Sequence record: NC_054911.1
Source of the DNA: Escherichia phage ECO4
Length of the DNA stretch: 64,000 nucleotides
Strand: one strand, 5' to 3'
Numbering within the stretch: position 1 is the first letter of the stretch; the number at the start of each line of letters is the position of its first letter. The position numbers and the translations under genes are program-made. The notes below the pieces were generated by a model, which did no database searches, was not told the DNA's origin, and worked only from the letters and a program-made list of their open reading frames with translations. Below, in pieces: positions 1 to 17,452 of the stretch.

Positions 1-1
1 A

Positions 2-616
2 CATGATATTGATACTTCTACCGTAGGTGTTAAAGTTATCATTGAAAGAGGCGAACTTGGCGACTGCGTTGAATTTATTAACTCGAATGGATCAATATCA
101 GTTACTAATCCTTTAACGATTCAAGCTATTGATTCAATTAAAGGCGTTTCAGGTAATTTAGTAGTAACTAGTCCATATAGTAAAGTTACTTTACGTTGTA
201 TTTCATCTGATAATTCTACGTCGGTTTGGAATTATTCTATTGAAAGTATGTTTGGGCAAAAGGAATCACCAGCTGAAGGTACATGGAATATTTCTACATC
301 TGGATCAGTTGACATTCCACTATTTCATCGTACTGAATATAACATGGCTAAATTGTTAGTTACATGCCAATCAGTAGATGGAAGAAAAATTAAAACAGCA
401 GAAATAAATATTCTTGTAGATACTGTTAATTCAACGGTCATTTCTTCTGAATATGCTGTCATGCGGGTTGGGAATGAAACTGAAGAAGACGAAATCGCTA
501 ATATTGCATTTAGTATTAAAGAAAATTATGTAACGGCGACTATAAGTTCTTCAACTGTCGGTATGAGAGCAGCAGTTAAAGTTATCGCTACGCAGAAAAT
601 CGGGGTGGCTCAATAA
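2..616 (+). CDS. 9: baseplate wedge protein gp9, C-terminal part (gene starts upstream of window)
   Basis: Frame open from window edge with no stop; TAA at 614-616 overlaps gp10 ATG (TAATG); sits upstream of gp10 in conserved T4 order. Confidence 0.8.
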   Translation, partial: HDIDTSTVGVKVIIERGELGDCVEFINSNGSISVTNPLTIQAIDSIKGVSGNLVVTSPYSKVTLRCISSDNSTSVWNYSIESMFGQKESPAEGTWNISTSGSVDIPLFHRTEYNMAKLLVTCQSVDGRKIKTAEINILVDTVNSTVISSEYAVMRVGNETEEDEIANIAFSIKENYVTATISSSTVGMRAAVKVIATQKIGVAQ

Positions 617-2421
617 TGAAACAAAATATTAATATCGGTAATGTTGTTGATGATGGTACCGGTGACTACCTGCGTAAAGGTGGTATAAAAATAAATGAAA
701 ACTTTGATGAACTTTATTATGAACTTGGTGATGGAGATGTTCCATATTCAGCCGGTGCCTGGAAAACTTATAATGCTTCATCTGGACAAACACTAACGGC
801 AGAATGGGGAAAATCATATGCCATTAACACTTCATCTGGAAGAGTAACTCTACAACTTCCTAAAGGAACCGTTAATGATTATAATAAAGTAATTAAAGCT
901 AGGGATGTATTTGCAACATGGAATGTTAATCCAGTTACTCTAGTAGCCGCTTCTGGTGATACAATTAAAGGGTCGTCATCGTCAGTTGAAATTAATATTC
1001 AATTTAGTGATTTAGAGCTCGTTTATTGCGCTCCAGGACGCTGGGAGTATGTCAAAAATAAGCAAATTGATAAAATTATCAGTTCAGACATTAGTAATGT
1101 AGCTCGTAAAGAATTTTTAGTCGAAGTTCAAGGGCAAACAGACTTTTTAGATGTTTTTAATGGAACTAGTTATAATGTCAATAACATCAGAGTAAAACAT
1201 CGTGGTAACGAATTGTATTACGGCGATGTATTTAGCGAAAACAGTGACTTTGGCTCTCCGGGCGAAAATGAAGGCGAATTAGTTCCTCTTGATGGATTTA
1301 ATATTCGATTAAGACAGCCTTGTAATATTGGTGACACTGTTCAAATTGAAACATTTATGGATGGTGTATCACAATGGAGAAGTTCATATACAAGACGCCA
1401 AATAAAAGTACTGGATTCAAAACTAACATCAAAGACTTCTTTAGAAGGAAGCATTTATGTTACTGATTTATCGGCGATGAAATCAATTCCATTCTCCGCA
1501 TTTGGATTAATTCCAGGAGAACCTATTAATCCTAATTCTCTTGAAGTTCGTTTTAATGGAATTTTACAACAACAAGCTGGAACAGCCGGATATCCTCTGT
1601 TTTTATGTGAAGGCGCTAATTCAGATACGCAAGAAGGATGTATATCTCTTGGTGGCGAATGGAAAGAATCAAACACCGATTATTCTATAGAATATGAAGA
1701 CGGAAAACCTATCAGTCTTTTATTTGATAGAAAATTTGAATCCGGTGACATTATCGTTATAACATGGTTCAATAATGATTTAGGAACTCTTTTAGAAAAA
1801 GATGACATTATTGAATTAACTGATGACCGTTATGTTAGTAAAGGATCATCTACTGAAGTTACTGGTGATGTAGCCTTAACAGATTTTGATAAAATCGGTT
1901 GGCCAAATGTTGAAAAAGTTGATTCTTATACTAGAACGTATAATTCAATATCATCTATTTTCGACAGCATTTATCCTGTTGGTTCAATTTATGAAAATGC
2001 TATAAACCCAAATAATCCGGTGACTTATATGGGATTTGGTTCATGGAAATTATTTGGTAAAGGACAAGTTTTAGTAGGATGGAATGATGATGTTACAGAT
2101 CCAAACTTTGCATTAAACAATAATGATTTAGATTCTAGCGGAAATCCTTCACATACCGCCGGTGGAACAGTTGGTACAACATCAGTAACGCTTGAAAACG
2201 CAAATCTTCCTGCAACTAAAACCGACGAAAGAGTTTTAATTGAAGACGAAAATGGATCGGTTATTATTGGAGGTTGCCAATATGACCCAGATGAAACTGG
2301 TCCTATATATACAAAATACCGTGAAGATTACGCAACAACAAACTCTTCACATACTCCTCCTGCTAATATTAGTAATATTCAACCGTCTATTACTGTATAC
2401 CGTTGGATAAGGATTGCATAA
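616..2421 (+). CDS. 10: baseplate wedge protein gp10
   Basis: 601-aa ORF, N-terminus [23 protein letters not shown] recognised as T4 gp10 (602 aa); synteny 9-10-11-12. Confidence 0.93.
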   Translation: MKQNINIGNVVDDGTGDYLRKGGIKINENFDELYYELGDGDVPYSAGAWKTYNASSGQTLTAEWGKSYAINTSSGRVTLQLPKGTVNDYNKVIKARDVFATWNVNPVTLVAASGDTIKGSSSSVEINIQFSDLELVYCAPGRWEYVKNKQIDKIISSDISNVARKEFLVEVQGQTDFLDVFNGTSYNVNNIRVKHRGNELYYGDVFSENSDFGSPGENEGELVPLDGFNIRLRQPCNIGDTVQIETFMDGVSQWRSSYTRRQIKVLDSKLTSKTSLEGSIYVTDLSAMKSIPFSAFGLIPGEPINPNSLEVRFNGILQQQAGTAGYPLFLCEGANSDTQEGCISLGGEWKESNTDYSIEYEDGKPISLLFDRKFESGDIIVITWFNNDLGTLLEKDDIIELTDDRYVSKGSSTEVTGDVALTDFDKIGWPNVEKVDSYTRTYNSISSIFDSIYPVGSIYENAINPNNPVTYMGFGSWKLFGKGQVLVGWNDDVTDPNFALNNNDLDSSGNPSHTAGGTVGTTSVTLENANLPATKTDERVLIEDENGSVIIGGCQYDPDETGPIYTKYREDYATTNSSHTPPANISNIQPSITVYRWIRIA

Positions 2422-3080
2422 TGAGTTTACTTAATAATAAAGCGGGAGTTATTTCCCGCTTAGCAGATTTTCTTGGTTTTAGAACTAAGAAAAATGATAT
2501 TTCGGTTATGAATAATCAGCCAGTAGGTGCTGTAACAATTTCACAAATAGCAAAAGGTTTTTATGACCCAAATGTAGAATCTGCTATTAATGATGTTAGA
2601 AATATGGCAGAGCAACAGGTTGGAGCTGTATTAGTTAATATAAGCGGCGTATCTCCTACTGGAGTGCAACAAACAGACTACTGGTCATTTGAAGGAACTG
2701 TCAATGATACTTCAGCCAAACCGGGTGACACAGTTATTGTTAACATGTTTGGTATTCCAGTTAAAGCTACTAATGGAATGACTTCAATCGAATTTACCAG
2801 TGCCGTTAGAACAGCTCTACAGGAAATGGTTGCAAAATTTATTGCAATTGATTCATTTGAAGACCATCCTACCATAGGAAATAAAATACAAGTTAAGTAT
2901 TTAGATAACCAAGAACATATCTTAGAACAATACTCTGATAAAGGAATTACTTTCAAACAAGAAATAATTTCTCCTTCTAAACCTGGATACGGAACTTGGC
3001 AATTATTAGGTGCGCAAACTGTCACGCTAGATAGTCACACACAACCTACGGTATTTTATTATTTTGAGAGAATAGCATGA
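2421..3080 (+). CDS. 11: baseplate wedge / short tail fibre attachment protein gp11
   Basis: 219-aa ORF from ATG 2421 ([10 protein letters not shown]), matching T4 gp11 size; track start 2403 is an upstream extension. Confidence 0.9.
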   Translation: MSLLNNKAGVISRLADFLGFRTKKNDISVMNNQPVGAVTISQIAKGFYDPNVESAINDVRNMAEQQVGAVLVNISGVSPTGVQQTDYWSFEGTVNDTSAKPGDTVIVNMFGIPVKATNGMTSIEFTSAVRTALQEMVAKFIAIDSFEDHPTIGNKIQVKYLDNQEHILEQYSDKGITFKQEIISPSKPGYGTWQLLGAQTVTLDSHTQPTVFYYFERIA

Positions 3081-4627
3081 GTAACAATACATATCAGCAC
3101 GTATCAAATGAATCAAAATATGTTAAATTCGATCCTACCGGATCGAATTTTCCTGACACTGTCACGACAGTGCAGTCTGCATTATCAAAAATAAGTAATA
3201 TCGGCGTAAATGGTATTCCTGATGCAACTATGGAAGTTAAAGGAATAGCAATGATTGCGTCAGAGCAAGAGGTTTTAGATGGAACTAATAATTCTAAAAT
3301 CGTTACACCCGCTACATTAGCAACAAGATTATTGTATCCAAATGCTACTGAAACTAAGTATGGTTTAACGCGCTATTCAACAAATGAAGAAACATTAGAA
3401 GGCTCAGATAATAATTCATCAATAACGCCGCAAAAACTGAAATACCATACTGACGATGTGTTCCAAAATAGATATTCGTCTGAGTCATCAAACGGGGTTA
3501 TTAAAATATCATCTACACCTGCAGCTTTAGCTGGAGTTGATGATACTACGGCAATGACTCCATTAAAAACGCAAAAACTTGCAATAAAATTAATTTCACA
3601 AATAGCTCCTTCCGAAGATACTGCATCAGAATCTGTGAGAGGTGTAGTTCAATTATCTACTGTTGCGCAAACTCGTCAAGGAACTCTCCGCGAAGGATAT
3701 GCAATTTCTCCGTATACCTTTATGAATTCTGTTGCAACACAAGAATATAAGGGTGTTATACGTTTAGGAACACAATCGGAAATTAACAGTAATTTGGGAG
3801 ATGTTGCTGTAACAGGTGAAACATTAAATGGTCGAGGAGCTACCGGTTCTATGCGTGGGGTAGTAAAATTAACGACGCAAGCCGGTATTGCCCCTGAAGG
3901 TGATAGCTCTGGAGCATTAGCATGGAACGCAGATGTAATTAATACTCGCGGTGGACAAACTATTAATGGTTCTTTAAATTTAGATCATTTAACAGCAAAT
4001 GGAATTTGGTCACGCGGCGGAATGTGGAAAAATGGCGATCAACCTGTTGCCACTGAAAGATATGCGTCCGAAAGGGTTCCAGTTGGAACTATTATGATGT
4101 TTGCTGGAGATTCAGCTCCTCCTGGTTGGATTATGTGCCATGGTGGAACTGTGTCAGGAGATCAATATCCTGATTATAGAAACACAGTTGGAACGAGATT
4201 TGGTGGCGATTGGAATAATCCTGGCATTCCTGATATGCGAGGTCTTTTCGTCAGAGGAGCTGGTACTGGTGGTCATATTTTAAATCAACGAGGGCAAGAT
4301 GGTTACGGGAAGGATAGACTTGGTGTAGGATGTGACGGAATGCATGTTGGCGGGGTTCAAGCACAACAGATGTCATACCATAAACATGCTGGCGGTTGGG
4401 GAGAATACCAAAGACATGAAGCTCCATTTGGCGCGTCCGTTTATCAAGGATATCTTGGAACTAGAAAATATGCCGACTGGGATAATGCTTCATACTTCAC
4501 TAATGATGGATTTGAATTAGGTGGACCGAGAGATGCCCTTGGTACACTTAATCGTGAAGGATTAATTGGTTATGAAACTAGACCATGGAATATATCATTA
4601 AACTATATTATTAAAATTCATTACTAA
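3077..4627 (+). CDS. 12: short tail fibre protein gp12
   Basis: 516-aa [17 protein letters not shown]-terminus and C-terminal NISLNYIIK motif typical of T4 gp12; synteny. Confidence 0.93.
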   Translation: MSNNTYQHVSNESKYVKFDPTGSNFPDTVTTVQSALSKISNIGVNGIPDATMEVKGIAMIASEQEVLDGTNNSKIVTPATLATRLLYPNATETKYGLTRYSTNEETLEGSDNNSSITPQKLKYHTDDVFQNRYSSESSNGVIKISSTPAALAGVDDTTAMTPLKTQKLAIKLISQIAPSEDTASESVRGVVQLSTVAQTRQGTLREGYAISPYTFMNSVATQEYKGVIRLGTQSEINSNLGDVAVTGETLNGRGATGSMRGVVKLTTQAGIAPEGDSSGALAWNADVINTRGGQTINGSLNLDHLTANGIWSRGGMWKNGDQPVATERYASERVPVGTIMMFAGDSAPPGWIMCHGGTVSGDQYPDYRNTVGTRFGGDWNNPGIPDMRGLFVRGAGTGGHILNQRGQDGYGKDRLGVGCDGMHVGGVQAQQMSYHKHAGGWGEYQRHEAPFGASVYQGYLGTRKYADWDNASYFTNDGFELGGPRDALGTLNREGLIGYETRPWNISLNYIIKIHY

Positions 4628-4636
4628 GGATTACAA

Positions 4637-6094
4637 ATGATTGAATTAAAAGATTTACCTTTTGTTGATAGCGTTCCTGGCGAAGGTCAGGAACGTATTT
4701 CATGGATTAAAAATGGTGAAGAAATACTAGGAGCTAGTACTAAGTATGGAAACGATGGATCAATGAATAGACCAACTGTGTCCGTATTTAAAAATGTTGA
4801 GGTTCTTGATGAAAATATAGGAATTCTTAAAACTGCCGTTGAAACATCACAGGAAGATATTAAAACAATTCAAGGCATTTTGGATGTATCTGGAGATATC
4901 GAAGCACTATCACAGATTAGCGTTAATAAAAATGACATATCAAATTTAAAGACGCTTACGAATGAACACACTGATATATTAAATGGTACAAATACTACGG
5001 TTGATAATATTCTTTCTGATATTGGTCCATTTAATTCGCAAGCAAATTCAGTTTATAGAACGATTAGAAATGATTTGTTATGGATTAAAAGGGAATTAGG
5101 ACAATATGCTGGGCAAGATATTAATGGTCTTCCTGTTGTAGGAAATAGCAGCACGGGGATGAAGCACCGTATCATTAATAATACAGATGCTATAACTTCC
5201 CAAGGAATACGTCTAAGTGATTTGGAAGAAAAATTTATTGAATCTGATGTAGGTTCACTGACAATTGAAGTCGGAAATCTTAGACAAGAACTTGGACAAA
5301 GACCATCTTCATTTAGTGAAAGCATATATTCACGTGTGCATAATTTAGATCAATCACAGATTAATCTTAGTTCCGAAATTAAATCTATCAAAACTTCTAT
5401 TGGATATCCAGGAAATACTTCAATAATCACAGATGTCAATGTCAACAGTCAAGAAATTTCAGCTTTAAATGATGAACTAAATAAAAGTGGCGGCGTTAAA
5501 CAGCGATTAACTGTTATTGAAACATCGATTGGTTCAGATGATATTCCTTCTAGTATTAAAGGTCAAATTAAAGATAATACCACTTCTATTGAATCTTTAA
5601 ATGGAATTGTAGGTGAAAACACCTCGTCCGGTTTAAGAGCTAACGTTTCATGGCTAAATCAGATAGTTGGAACTGATTCTAGCGGAGGTCAACCTTCTCC
5701 TCCGGGGTCTCTTTTAAATAGAGTTTCAACTGTTGAAACCTCTGTTAATAGACTTAACAATGATGTTCAAAACTTACAGGTTGAAATTGGTAATAACAAT
5801 TCCGGAATTAAAGGGCAAGTTGTAACACTAAATAAATTAGTAAATGGAACAAATCCGAATGGTTCAACTGTCGAAGAACGCGGATTGACTAATTCAATAA
5901 AAGCTAATGAGACTAACATTTCTTCAATTAATCAAGAGATTCGTAGTATTAAAGGTAATGTGTCCTCATTGCAGAGGGATGTCCAGACTTTACAAGAAGC
6001 TGGTTATATTCCTGAAGCTCCAAAAGATGGTCAAGCTTACGTTCGTAAAGACGGCGAATGGGTATTGCTTTCTACCTTTTTATCACCAGCATAA
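4637..6094 (+). CDS. wac: fibritin (whisker antigen control) with C-terminal foldon
   Basis: 485-aa ORF; coiled-coil-like repeats; C-terminal [27 protein letters not shown] is the fibritin foldon. Confidence 0.95.
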   Translation: MIELKDLPFVDSVPGEGQERISWIKNGEEILGASTKYGNDGSMNRPTVSVFKNVEVLDENIGILKTAVETSQEDIKTIQGILDVSGDIEALSQISVNKNDISNLKTLTNEHTDILNGTNTTVDNILSDIGPFNSQANSVYRTIRNDLLWIKRELGQYAGQDINGLPVVGNSSTGMKHRIINNTDAITSQGIRLSDLEEKFIESDVGSLTIEVGNLRQELGQRPSSFSESIYSRVHNLDQSQINLSSEIKSIKTSIGYPGNTSIITDVNVNSQEISALNDELNKSGGVKQRLTVIETSIGSDDIPSSIKGQIKDNTTSIESLNGIVGENTSSGLRANVSWLNQIVGTDSSGGQPSPPGSLLNRVSTVETSVNRLNNDVQNLQVEIGNNNSGIKGQVVTLNKLVNGTNPNGSTVEERGLTNSIKANETNISSINQEIRSIKGNVSSLQRDVQTLQEAGYIPEAPKDGQAYVRKDGEWVLLSTFLSPA

Positions 6095-6097
6095 CAT

Positions 6098-6112
6098 GGG
6101 GCCGCAAGGCCC
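6098..6112 (+). other. GGGCC-GCAA-GGCCC stem-loop after wac
   Basis: GC stem with GNRA tetraloop just after the fibritin stop; no strong U-run. Confidence 0.45.
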
Positions 6113-6125
6113 TAAAGGATTTTAA

Positions 6126-7827
<1,702 letters not shown>

Positions 7828-7868
7828 TAAATATTATAAACTAATTAAAGCCCAGATTAGGAGAAATC

Positions 7869-11009
<3,141 letters not shown>

Positions 11010-11037
11010 TATTAAAGCATATTAAAGAGGATTAAAA

Positions 11038-13017
11038 ATGACTTTATTATCTCCGGGCATTGAGCTCAAAGAAACTACGGTTCAAAGCACCGTGGTTAAT
11101 AACTCTACTGGTACAGCAGCTTTGGCCGGTAAATTCCAGTGGGGTCCTGCTTTTCAGATCAAACAGGTTACAAATGAAGTAGATTTAGTTAATACTTTTG
11201 GTCAACCTACAGCTGAAACTGCTGACTATTTTATGTCTGCAATGAATTTCTTGCAGTACGGAAATGACTTACGAGTAGTTCGTGCTGTTGATAGAGATAC
11301 CGCTAAAAACTCATCTCCGATTGCTGGTAATATTGAATACACAATTTCTACCCCAGGTAGTAACTATGCAGTTGGAGATAAAATCACGGTCAAATATGTT
11401 TCAGATGATATTGAAACTGAAGGTAAAATTACTGAAGTAGACGCAGATGGAAAAATTAAGAAAATTAATATTCCTACTGCAAAAATTATCGCTAAAGCAA
11501 AAGAAGTTGGTGAATATCCAACACTAGGTTCTAATTGGACTGCAGAAATTTCTTCATCTTCTTCCGGTTTAGCTGCAGTAATAACTCTTGGAAAAATTAT
11601 TACTGATTCCGGTATTTTATTAGCTGAAATCGAAAGCGCTGAAACTGCTATGACAGCAGTTGATTTTCAGGCAAATCTTGAAAAATATGGAATTCCAGGA
11701 GTAGTAGCTCTCTATCCAGGCGAATTAGGCGATAAAATTGAAATTGAAATCGTATCTAAAGCTGACTATGCGAAAGGCGCTTCTGCATTACTCCCAATTT
11801 ATCCAGGTGGTGGTACTCGTGCATCTACTGCTAAAGCGGTGTTTGGATATGGACCACAAACTGATTCACAGTACGCTATTATAGTTCGTCGAAATGATGC
11901 TATTGTTCAAAGCGTTGTTCTTTCAACTAAGCGTGGTGAAAAAGATATTTACGATAGTAACATCTATATCGATGACTTTTTCGCAAAAGGTGGTTCAGAA
12001 TATATTTTTGCAACTGCACAAAACTGGCCAGAAGGCTTCTCTGGAATTTTAACTCTGTCTGGTGGATTATCATCAAATGCTGAAGTAACAGCAGGAGATT
12101 TGATGGAAGCTTGGGACTTCTTTGCTGACCGTGAATCTGTTGACGTTCAGTTGTTTATTGCGGGTTCTTGTGCCGGTGAATCTTTAGAAACAGCATCTAC
12201 TGTCCAAAAACACGTCGTTTCAATTGGTGATGCTCGCCAGGATTGCTTAGTATTGTGCTCACCACCGCGTGAAACTGTAGTTGGAATTCCTGTAACCCGT
12301 GCTGTTGATAACTTAGTCAATTGGAGAACTGCAGCAGGTTCATATACTGATAATAACTTTAATATTAGTTCAACCTACGCAGCAATTGATGGTAACTACA
12401 AATATCAGTATGACAAATATAATGATGTGAATCGTTGGGTTCCATTAGCAGCTGATATTGCTGGTTTATGCGCGAGAACCGATAACGTTTCTCAGACTTG
12501 GATGTCTCCAGCTGGTTATAATCGTGGCCAGATTCTTAACGTTATTAAACTTGCTATTGAAACTCGCCAGGCTCAGCGCGACCGTTTATACCAAGAAGCT
12601 ATCAACCCGGTAACTGGTACAGGTGGTGATGGTTACGTATTGTATGGTGATAAAACAGCTACTTCTGTTCCTTCTCCATTTGATCGTATTAACGTTCGTC
12701 GTCTGTTTAATATGTTGAAAACGAATATCGGACGTAGTTCAAAATATCGTTTGTTCGAATTAAACAATGCGTTTACTCGTTCTTCATTCCGTACAGAAAC
12801 TGCTCAGTACTTGCAAGGAATTAAAGCTCTTGGCGGAATTTATGAATATCGTGTAGTTTGCGATACAACAAATAACACTCCGTCAGTAATTGATAGAAAT
12901 GAGTTTGTTGCAACATTCTACATCCAACCGGCGCGCAGTATAAATTATATCCAGCTTAACTTCGTTGCGACTGCTACTGGTGCAGATTTCGATGAGTTAA
13001 CTGGTCTTGCTGGTTAA
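11038..13017 (+). CDS. 18: tail sheath protein gp18
   Basis: 659-aa ORF, MTLLSPGIELKETTVQ N-terminus (T4 gp18 is 659 aa). Confidence 0.96.
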   Translation: MTLLSPGIELKETTVQSTVVNNSTGTAALAGKFQWGPAFQIKQVTNEVDLVNTFGQPTAETADYFMSAMNFLQYGNDLRVVRAVDRDTAKNSSPIAGNIEYTISTPGSNYAVGDKITVKYVSDDIETEGKITEVDADGKIKKINIPTAKIIAKAKEVGEYPTLGSNWTAEISSSSSGLAAVITLGKIITDSGILLAEIESAETAMTAVDFQANLEKYGIPGVVALYPGELGDKIEIEIVSKADYAKGASALLPIYPGGGTRASTAKAVFGYGPQTDSQYAIIVRRNDAIVQSVVLSTKRGEKDIYDSNIYIDDFFAKGGSEYIFATAQNWPEGFSGILTLSGGLSSNAEVTAGDLMEAWDFFADRESVDVQLFIAGSCAGESLETASTVQKHVVSIGDARQDCLVLCSPPRETVVGIPVTRAVDNLVNWRTAAGSYTDNNFNISSTYAAIDGNYKYQYDKYNDVNRWVPLAADIAGLCARTDNVSQTWMSPAGYNRGQILNVIKLAIETRQAQRDRLYQEAINPVTGTGGDGYVLYGDKTATSVPSPFDRINVRRLFNMLKTNIGRSSKYRLFELNNAFTRSSFRTETAQYLQGIKALGGIYEYRVVCDTTNNTPSVIDRNEFVATFYIQPARSINYIQLNFVATATGADFDELTGLAG

Positions 13018-13052
13018 TACGGTGCATTCTAAAGGCCTGTTTCGACAGGCCA

Positions 13053-13060
13053 TATAAATA
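13053..13060 (+). promoter_or_regulatory. T4 late promoter TATAAATA (first of two before gene 19)
   Basis: Exact TATAAATA immediately after a GC stem-loop. Confidence 0.55.
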
Positions 13061-13112
13061 CACTATATCCTTAATTCTTTAATTCTATATGCCCTAGGTT
13101 AAACATAGGGAT

Positions 13113-13120
13113 ATAAATAC
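13113..13120 (+). promoter_or_regulatory. T4 late promoter TATAAATA for gene 19
   Basis: Exact TATAAATA 14 nt before the gp19 ATG, with GAGG SD between. Confidence 0.65.
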
Positions 13121-13133
13121 TACAGAGGCTAAT

Positions 13134-13625
13134 ATGTTTGTAGATGATGTAACACGAGCGTTTGAATCTGGTGATTTTGCTCGACCTAACTTATTCCAAG
13201 TAGAAATTTCTTATCTTGGACAAAATTTTACGTTCCAATGTAAAGCCACTGCTTTACCAGCTGGTATTGTAGAAAAAATTCCAGTCGGATTTATGAACCG
13301 TAAAATTAACGTAGCAGGTGATCGTACATTCGATGACTGGACTGTTACAGTAATGAACGATGAAGCTCATGATGCTCGCCAGAAGTTTGTTGATTGGCAA
13401 AGCATTGCTGCTGGTCAAGGAAACGAAATTACTGGTGGAAAACCTGCAGAGTATAAAAAGAGCGCTATTGTTCGTCAATATGCTCGTGATGCTAAAACAG
13501 TAACAAAAGAAATTGAAATTAAAGGTCTGTGGCCTACTAACGTGGGTGAACTTCAATTAGATTGGGATTCAAACAATGAAATCCAAACCTTTGAAGTAAC
13601 TCTTGCTCTCGATTATTGGGAATAA
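13134..13625 (+). CDS. 19: tail tube protein gp19
   Basis: 163-aa ORF, MFVDDVTRAFESGDFARPNLFQVEISYLGQNF (T4 gp19 is 163 aa). Confidence 0.96.
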   Translation: MFVDDVTRAFESGDFARPNLFQVEISYLGQNFTFQCKATALPAGIVEKIPVGFMNRKINVAGDRTFDDWTVTVMNDEAHDARQKFVDWQSIAAGQGNEITGGKPAEYKKSAIVRQYARDAKTVTKEIEIKGLWPTNVGELQLDWDSNNEIQTFEVTLALDYWE

Positions 13626-13657
13626 AATGAATGGGGAGAAATCCCCATCCTGCTTAA

Positions 13658-15282
<1,625 letters not shown>

Positions 15283-15283
<1 letters not shown>

Positions 15284-15531
15284 TGGAAGGTTTAATTGAA
15301 GCTATTAAATCAAACGACCTCGTAGCCGCTCGTAAATTATTTGCTGAAGCCATGGCTGCAAGAACGATTGATTTAATTAAAGAAGAAAAAATCGCTATCG
15401 CTCGTAATTTCTTAATTGAAGGTGAAGAACCTGAAGACGAGGATGAAGATGATGACGAAGATGGTGATGATAAAGACGACAAAAAAGACAAAGACTCTGA
15501 CGAAGATGACGAAGACGAGGATGATGAATAA
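15283..15531 (+). CDS. 67: prohead core protein gp67 with acidic C-terminal tail
   Basis: 82-aa ORF ending in a D/E-rich low-complexity tail; position between 20 and 68. Confidence 0.88.
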
Positions 15532-15956
15532 TGCTTCTGATCCCTGAAACTCATGAATTAGTTCTCGAGAATGTCGAAGCACTTATTCCTGAAGCACAGG
15601 GTCGCTTTGACGAATTGTCTTCTGCTTTAAATAAAGACGATATAAATACAATTGTCGAGAATATGCTTGATGATGAAACTGATTTAGCAGTTGCATTAGC
15701 TTCTATTAATGAAAATATGCCGTTAAATGAATTCATCGTTAAACATGTTTCTGCCCGTGGTGAAATTACTCGCACTAAAGATCGCAAAACCCGCGAACGA
15801 AATGCATTTCAAACCACCGGGCTGTCTAAAGCAAAACGTAGACAAATTGCTCGTAAAGCTACCAAAACGAAGATTGCCAATCCAGCAGGTCAATCTCGTG
15901 CTCAGCGTAAGCGTAAAAAAGCTCTTAAACGCCGTAAAGCATTAGGATTAAGCTAA
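15531..15956 (+). CDS. 68: prohead core protein gp68
   Basis: 141-aa ORF (T4 gp68 is 141 aa), basic C-terminus; synteny. Confidence 0.88.
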
Positions 15957-16594
15957 TGAATGAACCCCAATTACTAATTGAAACTTGGGGTCAACCTGGC
16001 GAAATTATTGATGGTGTGCCAATGCTTGAATCCCACGATGGAAAAGACCTAGGTTTAAAACCGGGTTTATACATCGAAGGAATATTCATGCAAGCGGAAG
16101 TCGTCAATAGAAATAAACGTCTTTATCCAAAACGCATATTAGAAAAAGCGGTAAAAGACTATATCAATGAGCAAGTTTTAACTAAACAAGCTCTCGGAGA
16201 ATTAAATCATCCTCCACGCGCTAATGTTGACCCGATGCAAGCCGCTATCATTATAGAAGATATGTGGTGGAAAGGAAATGACGTATACGGACGAGCTCGT
16301 GTTATTGAAGGTGACCATGGTCCTGGAGATAAATTAGCAGCTAATATTCGTGCCGGATGGATTCCAGGAGTTTCTTCTCGTGGATTAGGTTCATTGACTG
16401 ACACAAATAAAGGTTATCGTATCGTAAACGAAGGATTCAAATTAACTGTAGGTGTTGATGCAGTATGGGGTCCAAGTGCTCCAGATGCATGGGTAACTCC
16501 TAAGGAAATTACCGAATCACAGACGGCGGAAGCCGATACAAGTGCCGATGACGCCTATATGGCTCTCGCAGAGGCCATGAAAAAAGCGTTATAA
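15956..16594 (+). CDS. 21: prohead core scaffold protein and protease gp21
   Basis: 212-aa [23 protein letters not shown]; T4 gp21 size and position. Confidence 0.94.
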   Translation: MNEPQLLIETWGQPGEIIDGVPMLESHDGKDLGLKPGLYIEGIFMQAEVVNRNKRLYPKRILEKAVKDYINEQVLTKQALGELNHPPRANVDPMQAAIIIEDMWWKGNDVYGRARVIEGDHGPGDKLAANIRAGWIPGVSSRGLGSLTDTNKGYRIVNEGFKLTVGVDAVWGPSAPDAWVTPKEITESQTAEADTSADDAYMALAEAMKKAL

Positions 16595-16624
16595 ATATTA
16601 TTATCTAAACAACAGGACTACAAA

Positions 16625-17434
16625 ATGCTTAAAGAACAACTGATTGCCGAAGCGCAGAAAATTGATGCTTCCGTTGCTCTTGATAGTATTTTCGAATCAG
16701 TTAATATTTCTCCGGAAGCAAAAGAAACTTTCGGCACTGTATTCGAAGCTACCGTCAAGCAGCACGCCGTTAAATTAGCTGAATCTCATATCGCTAAAAT
16801 TGCTGAAAAAGCAGAAGAAGAAGTAGAAAAAAATAAAGAAGAAGCAGAAGAAAAAGCTGAGAAGAAAATCGCTGAGCAAGCTTCTAAATTCCTTGACCAT
16901 CTTGCAAAAGAATGGCTCACTGAAAATAAATTAGCAGTAGATAAAGGTATCAAAGCCGAACTGTTTGAATCCATGCTTGGTGGATTGAAAGAGCTCTTCG
17001 TTGAACACAACGTTGTTGTTCCAGAAGAATCAGTTGATGTTGTAGCTGAAATGGAAGAAGAGCTGCAAGAACATAAAGAAGAATCAGCTCGTCTGTTCGA
17101 AGAACTCAATAAGCGTGACGCATATATCAATTATGTGCAGCGTGAAGTGGCATTGAGCGAAAGTACTAAAGATCTGACTGAGTCTCAAAAAGAAAAAGTC
17201 TCTGCTCTGGTCGAAGGTATTGATTATTCAGATGCATTCTCAAGCAAATTGAGTGCCATCGTAGAAATGGTGAAGAAATCTAATAAAGATGAAAGCACTA
17301 TTACTGAGAGTATAAATACTCCTGATACTGAAGCAGCCGGACTGAATTTCGTCACTGAAGCTGTAGAAGATAAATCTGCACAAGGTGCAGAAGATATTGT
17401 AAGTGTATATGCGAAAGTCGCATCTCGTTTCTAA
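16625..17434 (+). CDS. 22: prohead core scaffold protein gp22
   Basis: 269-aa ORF, highly charged coiled-coil-like (E/K-rich); T4 gp22 size and position. Confidence 0.94.
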   Translation: MLKEQLIAEAQKIDASVALDSIFESVNISPEAKETFGTVFEATVKQHAVKLAESHIAKIAEKAEEEVEKNKEEAEEKAEKKIAEQASKFLDHLAKEWLTENKLAVDKGIKAELFESMLGGLKELFVEHNVVVPEESVDVVAEMEEELQEHKEESARLFEELNKRDAYINYVQREVALSESTKDLTESQKEKVSALVEGIDYSDAFSSKLSAIVEMVKKSNKDESTITESINTPDTEAAGLNFVTEAVEDKSAQGAEDIVSVYAKVASRF

Positions 17435-17452
17435 TTTTAAAGGTTAACACAA

